This document shows, one piece after another, positions 58,495 through 64,000 of a stretch of DNA of 64,000 nucleotides. Source of the DNA: a virus (taxonomy: Duplodnaviria; Caudoviricetes); the IMG/VR virus record IMGVR_UViG_3300043419_000448, positions 743-64,742 of that record. One strand, given 5' to 3'. Numbering within the stretch: position 1 is the first letter of the stretch; every line of letters begins with the position of its first letter. The notes below the pieces were generated by a model. That model saw nothing but the letters and a program-made list of their open reading frames with translations, searched no databases and was not told where the DNA came from. The translations under genes and the position numbers were made by a program.

Positions 58495-59094
58495 TTATAC
58501 CACTGTAATAAAAAGATGAATCATTTTTTCACCAGACATAGGTGCCCAGGTTCCATCTTTATATTCTACTCCTTGTATTTCAAGTGGTAGGGCCAAAAAG
58601 CCCTGTGTAGTGATTAAGTCTTTAACTATTAGGTTTGTAGCAAGTGGTCCAGATAGGGATGAAGAAGATATCGAGTATTGTATATTAAATCTTGAAGAAC
58701 TTACAGTTCCTTCTTCTATGTCATATATATCTGTTACATTAATTGGAGGTATTGTAATTTTTCCATTTACTGGAGTAAGAGGACCCTTTTTTTCTGAATA
58801 AAAATTTGTTTTTAAACTAACGATTGGCGTCCATTGAGGATTTCCACTTGGAGTTGCTACATATTGAAAAACTGTCTTGTATGTTGGAGAACTTGGACTG
58901 TAATCAATAGCAATATCTAAAACTTGCTCTTCTTGAGTAATTGAGTTTGCAACAGTTGTATTTCTTGGATCTCCTTGAACACCAATAATTAAACTTCCAC
59001 GATCTCCCGTTGGTCCAAAATCTAAATCAAGACTAATCGTTTCTGGTCCACCAAAAACTGTAAGGTCGTCATTAGATAATAGGATGTCTGCCAA
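58495..59094 (-). CDS. structural protein
   Basis: 199 aa, DFGPTGDRGS motif, fibre region. Confidence 0.55.
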   Translation of the reverse strand: MADILLSNDDLTVFGGPETISLDLDFGPTGDRGSLIIGVQGDPRNTTVANSITQEEQVLDIAIDYSPSSPTYKTVFQYVATPSGNPQWTPIVSLKTNFYSEKKGPLTPVNGKITIPPINVTDIYDIEEGTVSSSRFNIQYSISSSSLSGPLATNLIVKDLITTQGFLALPLEIQGVEYKDGTWAPMSGEKMIHLFITVV

Positions 59095-59096
59095 TT

Positions 59097-59528
59097 TTAT
59101 GCTCCAGTTACCTGATCAGTTATTGTTATTTTGCCAGTAAGAAGAGTATGTACTAAGGAATATTGACCAGTGCCTGCAGCACCTGCTGGTTTTACAACCT
59201 CAACGTCATAGACATATTCTGTTCCAGCAACAAGGGTAGTGGAGTCTGTTGGTCTAATTGCACACTGAACAAAAGTGCCATCATCTGATATTCTTGCAAA
59301 ACAATCAACTTGCTCTCCATCAGAACCTCTAACGTTGGCAATTGTAAACCTTGCACTATCGTATGGAGCAACTGTATCAGTTACATCGTCTATTGTGCTA
59401 GATGTATTTGTGGCAATTTTATAAGATGAAAGTTCAAAAACAGTCCCATCATTTTTTTTAGGGTATATGCGAAATTCAAAGGTGTCACCCTTATAGTAAT
59501 TAAAGTCATAGGTCGCTGGAAATGCCAT
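59097..59528 (-). CDS. BppU-N-like adaptor
   Basis: YKGDTFEF...YVYDVEV...TLLTGKITITDQVT; ATG 6 nt after TGGTATAAT. Confidence 0.6.
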   Translation of the reverse strand: MAFPATYDFNYYKGDTFEFRIYPKKNDGTVFELSSYKIATNTSSTIDDVTDTVAPYDSARFTIANVRGSDGEQVDCFARISDDGTFVQCAIRPTDSTTLVAGTEYVYDVEVVKPAGAAGTGQYSLVHTLLTGKITITDQVTGA

Positions 59529-59535
59529 GGTTTTA

Positions 59536-60258
59536 TTATACCACGCTGACATATATAGAATTAAGAATTACGGATGCATCAAAGTCTGTTCTGATTTGAG
59601 GAATTGCCCCATTGGTCCACATAGACTTATCCTCTATAAAGATCTGCTGTGTGGCAGATAGGTTATAAGTATTTTGATATTTGAGAGACCCTATAAATTG
59701 AACAAACTCTTTATCTTTCTTTGCAAAATAGGTTCTTAGCCAAACCTCTGTATTTGCTGTATATGTTGTTAGTTCAAAGTTGTATGTTATAAATACTTGT
59801 GCTCCCTCTTTTATACCGTGGAAGTTTAAGGCTCTTGCATTACTATTCCATAGACTTGTACAGTTTTTTGGAAGATACATTTCGTTTTGTGCTTTATCTT
59901 TTGTATCTAATATTAAAGTAACCCAGCCGTCATCTCCTTGAGATATTCCAAGTCTGGTCTGTTTATCGATAGTGTTGACATAGGATGCCCAACCTGCTTG
60001 CTGTCCTGAAGACGATAAAGAACTTGCTCCTGCTGGACCTCTTTCACCCTTTGGACCACTTGGACCTTCTGGCCCTTGAGGACCTACAGATCCATCTCTT
60101 CCATCTTTGCCTTGCGGTCCTGGAGGACCTTCTGGTCCAGGAACTGGAATAAAGTTTATTCCTGTATCTGATATTGGAGAGGTTTGTGCTTGCTCTACTT
60201 GTGCAGCATAGGAAGATTTTTTTGCACCTGGAAAGTCCATAGATTTAGAAGTAGCCAT
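59536..60258 (-). CDS. collagen-like structural protein
   Basis: about 13 consecutive Gly-X-Y triplets (GPEGPPGPQ...GPAGAS). Confidence 0.75.
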   Translation of the reverse strand: MATSKSMDFPGAKKSSYAAQVEQAQTSPISDTGINFIPVPGPEGPPGPQGKDGRDGSVGPQGPEGPSGPKGERGPAGASSLSSSGQQAGWASYVNTIDKQTRLGISQGDDGWVTLILDTKDKAQNEMYLPKNCTSLWNSNARALNFHGIKEGAQVFITYNFELTTYTANTEVWLRTYFAKKDKEFVQFIGSLKYQNTYNLSATQQIFIEDKSMWTNGAIPQIRTDFDASVILNSIYVSVV

Positions 60259-60278
60259 AAAAGCATTATCTCACGTTT

Positions 60279-60365
60279 TTATTTATTTACTTTAAAGGTT
60301 TTATTTTTAATTTTAATTACTGCTGGAAGTTCTGGCCTTGGGGTTGTAACTTTTACTACTGACAT
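60279..60365 (-). CDS. 28-aa basic peptide (not in ORF track)
   Basis: MSVVKVTTPRPELPAVIKIKNKTFKVNK; TAATG coupling to upstream stop; fills the gap. Confidence 0.5.
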   Translation of the reverse strand: MSVVKVTTPRPELPAVIKIKNKTFKVNK

Positions 60366-60745
60366 TATAGACTTCCTGTAATATCGCCAATAACAGAAAT
60401 AGTTCCAATTAATGGTGTCCAGACTGTTGAATTATCTATTGTTACTTGTAGGTCAAAAGTTAATTCTGTAACTATTGTTTTATATCCAAGACCCCAGTTG
60501 GAAGTTAAAGAAGCAGGAGCCAGAATATCAACATAGCCATTTCCTGGGGTAACAGTTAATTCATCAAGAACATCAGACTGAGGATCATATGAGGTAGCCT
60601 CAAACTCCCAATCAGATATATCAAAATATGTTACTTCGTCATCTTCTAAAAATTCAACACGTAGTGGAGAGGTATCGCCTCTAACAATTTGCCATTTAAT
60701 TCTGGCTGGATCTGCTCCAAAAACTTCTGGTCCACATATAGTCAT
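60365..60745 (-). CDS. BppU-N-like adaptor
   Basis: VRGDTSPLRVEF...FDLQVT...GTISVIGDIT. Confidence 0.55.
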   Translation of the reverse strand: MTICGPEVFGADPARIKWQIVRGDTSPLRVEFLEDDEVTYFDISDWEFEATSYDPQSDVLDELTVTPGNGYVDILAPASLTSNWGLGYKTIVTELTFDLQVTIDNSTVWTPLIGTISVIGDITGSL

Positions 60746-60762
60746 AATACTTGATTATACCA

Positions 60763-60820
60763 TAAAAAATGACTAATACCAAGGTTGGTGGGTATAGGAC
60801 AAACCAAGGTATTAGCCAAT
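60763..60820 (-). ncRNA. candidate small hairpin RNA or terminator
   Basis: TGGTATAAT at 60826-60834, then stem GGCTAATACC...GGTATTAGTC, then ATTTTTT. Confidence 0.35.
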
Positions 60821-61011
60821 AATAAATTATACCATAATAGACAAAACGGACATTGATATTAAAAGTTATCAAATTGTTATAATAGAGAATGTCCGATTTG
60901 TTACCATAAGTCTGTATTAGCCAGGTATTCGATAGTGTATACTTTAAATATATAAGAAAAAAGAACTATCTTTATAGTTTTAAAAACTATCTTTATATAT
61001 AGTATATATAG

Positions 61012-61263
61012 TTACTTAGATTTAGCAATATACTCAATAAGAATATCATACATGTGATCTAGTTTCCGATCCATTTCTTTTCTCTTGGCATCTGCTTCAT
61101 TGGCACGGACTTCAAGCCTATTCATTTGGTCTTTGACACTTGATCCACCATTGGTTTTAAGTTCGCTGAGATAGTGTTTCACTAGCCACTTGATAGCAAA
61201 AGCGATTGATGATACAATTGTAAGTATTGCTACGATTAACGAAGCCCAGTCTTGGATTGTCAT
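61012..61263 (-). CDS. membrane protein, holin-like
   Basis: one N-terminal TM helix, NGGSSVKD motif, coiled coil. Confidence 0.55.
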   Translation of the reverse strand: MTIQDWASLIVAILTIVSSIAFAIKWLVKHYLSELKTNGGSSVKDQMNRLEVRANEADAKRKEMDRKLDHMYDILIEYIAKSK

Positions 61264-61295
61264 AACTAGTTTATTATAAGGGGTATTTTACAAAA

Positions 61296-62066
61296 ATGAA
61301 AACAGACATACTAGACACATTGCAGTATTCTAAGAATTTAATTATATCCCCCGACATGGATGGTTTTATGACCGCAAAATTATTAGAGCGTTTTAACGGT
61401 TCGAAAATAGTAGGTTCATATGATAAAAATATTTTATGTCTCGCCGATGGGATCAATCCAGAAGAATGTTTATTCGTCGATTGCGACATGAATCGACAAG
61501 AGTATGTTTCTCTTGGCAACCATATGCGACTCCTGGAAGATAATATGTCAGTCGAGTCGTTTAATCCAAATGTGCACTTTGGCGTTTCGACATATAGCGA
61601 CAAGTTTCCTTTCGCAACCGCTTTTTTAATTTCGTTCGCAATAGAGGCTGATCTTTCCGAGCAAGACCTTATACGCATGGCTTTCGCTGATTCAACTCTC
61701 AAGAACATGGAGAAATACAGCGATAACATGCGAAACTGGTCAACACGGATGGAACATACTGCAACAAAGTACATAATAGACAATTCGGACATTGCAAGAA
61801 AGAATGATGCACAAGCAAGGTTTGATTATGTTGATCAATCATTTACATCAAAAAGATACGGCAAGGAACGATATCTGGATACCCTAAATAAGGCCCTAGA
61901 AGGGCAGGGGATGAAGTTTGAGCCACTAACTAGGGGTAACAAGTACATATGCGACAAAGTTGGTAAAGAAACCCTTATAAGGTATAATAGAGATATCATA
62001 TCTTACGCAGAAATATTTACAGGAGAATATTCTGTTACTTACGACCAAGAAAAGGAATGGACATGA
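61296..62066 (+). CDS. possible DHH-superfamily phosphoesterase-like protein
   Basis: ISPDMDG, LFVDCD, GNH resemble DHH motifs I-III. Confidence 0.4.
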   Translation: MKTDILDTLQYSKNLIISPDMDGFMTAKLLERFNGSKIVGSYDKNILCLADGINPEECLFVDCDMNRQEYVSLGNHMRLLEDNMSVESFNPNVHFGVSTYSDKFPFATAFLISFAIEADLSEQDLIRMAFADSTLKNMEKYSDNMRNWSTRMEHTATKYIIDNSDIARKNDAQARFDYVDQSFTSKRYGKERYLDTLNKALEGQGMKFEPLTRGNKYICDKVGKETLIRYNRDIISYAEIFTGEYSVTYDQEKEWT

Positions 62067-62248
62067 CAAAAGATGAATCAGTAGTATTGATGCTATCTAG
62101 CATTAATGAAGATAATAGAGAAATGTGTTTGAATAATGGCATGAGCGAAGCAGATACAGAGTCTCAGATTGCACAGAGCCAGCCAAGCCTACAACTTATT
62201 CTTAGCAATATGTATGACCGTATGAATGCTGCTGGAATAATTGCCTAA
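62063..62248 (+). CDS. hypothetical protein
   Basis: ATGA overlap with upstream stop. Confidence 0.5.
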   Translation: MTKDESVVLMLSSINEDNREMCLNNGMSEADTESQIAQSQPSLQLILSNMYDRMNAAGIIA

Positions 62249-62444
62249 ATATTACTATAGGCCAATTCTGGAGAAAGTCAAAGAAGCATATCTAGCCAAT
62301 GCTCAAGTTGAGTATGAAACCAATGTAGATATTGAGGCAGATGTTGTTTTATTTATTGAAGCAGCCAGCGAAGAAGAGGCTCATAGCGCCAAAATTGGTT
62401 TTATAGATATTCGTATGTGGGAATTGTACCAAACCGAAGAATAA
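62241..62444 (+). CDS. hypothetical protein
   Basis: TTG start overlapping previous gene. Confidence 0.5.
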   Translation: MPKYYYRPILEKVKEAYLANAQVEYETNVDIEADVVLFIEAASEEEAHSAKIGFIDIRMWELYQTEE

Positions 62445-62447
62445 GGT

Positions 62448-63140
62448 TTAGCGTTCTTTCCTTGGAAACAAGAAAGCAAACGATGTGGCAACATACTTTG
62501 TTCCGCTGACAATTGGAGTTGTTCCATGAGCAAACTCTTCAGTTGCGCCGTGAATTACTAGATCGCCAGATTGTGGACGATAAGTTATATTCTTTTCTGG
62601 ATAGTAAAGTTCTCCGCCTTCGAAGTTGTCGTTGATATACAATACCAAACCCCAATCAGATTCTATTGGGCAATATACGCTTGTATCTTGGTGTGGAGGA
62701 AATACATCACCAATTTCATATTTCATAATATTCATAATTGGAAGAGGACTATACAAACCATCAAATAGTGGATTAAAGTCTATGTCAGAAATGCTAAGTC
62801 CTTTGCCGACAATATCAATAAGTCTGTTATCCATCATTTTAGGATTTGGGTTTGTTGCATCGACTCTTAGCGTATTGCTTTTGTTTTCTTCCAAGAAAGC
62901 CATAACTTCTTTTACCTGATCTTGCGATATAAAATCGCTAATAACATATATGCCAGGAATTACTTCTTCGAGTCTTGGATGCTTAGGTGTTGCTCGGATT
63001 TTATAATCCCAATCCTTTTTAAACTTTTCATTTATCTTAAGATGCGTGTTGTCGCAAAATGGATATTTAGAAGAATAGCCACATATGCATCGTGTCTTAT
63101 CTGTTTTTCTATATCCGCCTTCTACATCAAGATGTTCCAT
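62448..63140 (-). CDS. CDGSH-type Fe-S domain fused to 2OG-Fe(II) oxygenase
   Basis: CICGYSSKYPFCDNTH, then HQD...YINDNFEGGEL...HGT...GTKY. Confidence 0.8.
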   Translation of the reverse strand: MEHLDVEGGYRKTDKTRCICGYSSKYPFCDNTHLKINEKFKKDWDYKIRATPKHPRLEEVIPGIYVISDFISQDQVKEVMAFLEENKSNTLRVDATNPNPKMMDNRLIDIVGKGLSISDIDFNPLFDGLYSPLPIMNIMKYEIGDVFPPHQDTSVYCPIESDWGLVLYINDNFEGGELYYPEKNITYRPQSGDLVIHGATEEFAHGTTPIVSGTKYVATSFAFLFPRKER

Positions 63141-63142
63141 AG

Positions 63143-63313
63143 TTATGCCATGTTTCTTATGAATTGGGCTATCTCATGTGATTCGTTATGATATTTACCG
63201 TGAAATTTTGACTCAACCTGAAGTGCAATATGGTTTCTAAGTTTTTGTTCTATCTGAAATAGCAAAACCGCTTGTGCTTGTTCTGGAGTTAACTTCTGAT
63301 CTTCGTTATTCAT
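63143..63313 (-). CDS. 56-aa hypothetical protein (not in ORF track)
   Basis: MNNEDQKLTPEQAQAVLLFQIEQKLR...RNMA; tiles between neighbours. Confidence 0.55.
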   Translation of the reverse strand: MNNEDQKLTPEQAQAVLLFQIEQKLRNHIALQVESKFHGKYHNESHEIAQFIRNMA

Positions 63314-63497
63314 GCTTGCAACTACAATCTTTGCAACATGTTTCTGAAAATAATTTTACAGCCAACGATGTATCATCTGGTCTACCCAGATCATCCCAAA
63401 AAGCATCTCTACCCATATTGTCTGTTACAGGCATAGGGTTAGATTCGAATAAAAATTCTTCGTCCCAGGCATTTTCAAGATTGTCTAGGATACCCAT
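63306..63497 (-). CDS. small protein with C-terminal CCxxCxC
   Basis: start MGILDNL after GAGG; ends TCCKDCSCKHE. Confidence 0.55.
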   Translation of the reverse strand: MGILDNLENAWDEEFLFESNPMPVTDNMGRDAFWDDLGRPDDTSLAVKLFSETCCKDCSCKHE

Positions 63498-63498
63498 T

Positions 63499-63585
63499 TT
63501 ATTCCTCTGTTGGCTGTGGCTTTGATGTATGTGGATCTGGGCAAGTGCAACCAGCACAACATCCTGTGAATGTGTTTTCAGTCAT
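63499..63585 (-). CDS. 28-aa Cys-rich peptide (not in ORF track)
   Basis: MTENTFTGCCAGCTCPDPHTSKPQPTEE; TGCTATAAT 6 nt before ATG. Confidence 0.5.
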   Translation of the reverse strand: MTENTFTGCCAGCTCPDPHTSKPQPTEE

Positions 63586-63696
63586 GTGTCCATTATAGCA
63601 CAATTCTGAAAAAAATTGTAAAACCCAAATAGCCTAAAATCTGAATATTTTGTCCAGATGTATGATACATAATATACAATAAAAAACCATAAAAAA

Positions 63697-63723
63697 ATAG
63701 TGTGCCCATAATAGACACACTAT
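63697..63723 (-). terminator. intrinsic terminator
   Basis: ATAGTGTG...CACACTAT followed by T tracts on minus strand. Confidence 0.6.
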
Positions 63724-63737
63724 CGATCCCTCACCTG

Positions 63738-63923
63738 TTAGATTTTGGGTGCGCTACCCTGTATCCAGCCACTGTGTATCCCCACTAGTGGAGCATCTAT
63801 ACACACTGCCTGTCCCTGGTGGAGAGTGGCCTTATATACCTCGATGAACTCTAGGAGATGTTCCTTGTTATCGAAATTCATTTCTTTTGTTGCACCTGAT
63901 GTGCTTGTTAGTGTTACTTTCAT
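63738..63923 (-). CDS. hypothetical protein
   Basis: AAGGAG SD, 61 aa. Confidence 0.55.
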   Translation of the reverse strand: MKVTLTSTSGATKEMNFDNKEHLLEFIEVYKATLHQGQAVCIDAPLVGIHSGWIQGSAPKI

Positions 63924-64000
63924 TTAATTCTCCTTAGTAGAGCATAGACATTTGTTTATTGTTATTGTGTTACCCTGCTGGATAACGGTTGCTAGTGTAT

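Noticed and set aside
60889-60909. Six-codon ORF MSDLLP after plus-strand TGTTATAAT
   Set aside because: Too short to distinguish from chance
61274-61792. 172-aa minus-strand ORF
   Set aside because: Antisense shadow of 61296..62066 with no motifs

Overview
This is a 64 kb segment of a large, AT-rich tailed dsDNA phage (siphovirus-like). Its gene content and leaderless TGnTATAAT promoters suggest an actinobacterial host, plausibly a freshwater one (inference). Almost everything is on the minus strand. Left to right: replication genes (SSB fragment, primase, DnaB helicase), tail tip, a 2942-aa tape measure, tail and head genes, a class II ribonucleotide reductase, a ~10 kb array of modifying enzymes, and a long fibre/baseplate region. 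The standout feature is two parallel cassettes. In each, a fibre-associated protein ending in a Pro/Phe (PPFF) tract plus a C-terminal Hint domain lies directly upstream of modifying enzymes. Cassette 1 has 10 prolyl-hydroxylase-like 2OG-Fe(II) oxygenases, 2 DUF6065-like proteins, an FkbM-like methyltransferase and an SDR. Cassette 2 has one oxygenase, a Cys-rich protein and a GT60-like GlcNAc transferase. I infer a phage-encoded pathway for hydroxylation, glycosylation and autoprocessing of virion fibres. Other oddities: a kinase-like domain inside the tape measure, duplicated (not frameshifted) tail assembly chaperones, a candidate ~55-nt hairpin RNA, and a CDGSH-oxygenase fusion. All family calls come from motif recognition by eye; no searches were run. 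No tRNA, CRISPR, integrase or terminase was recognised.
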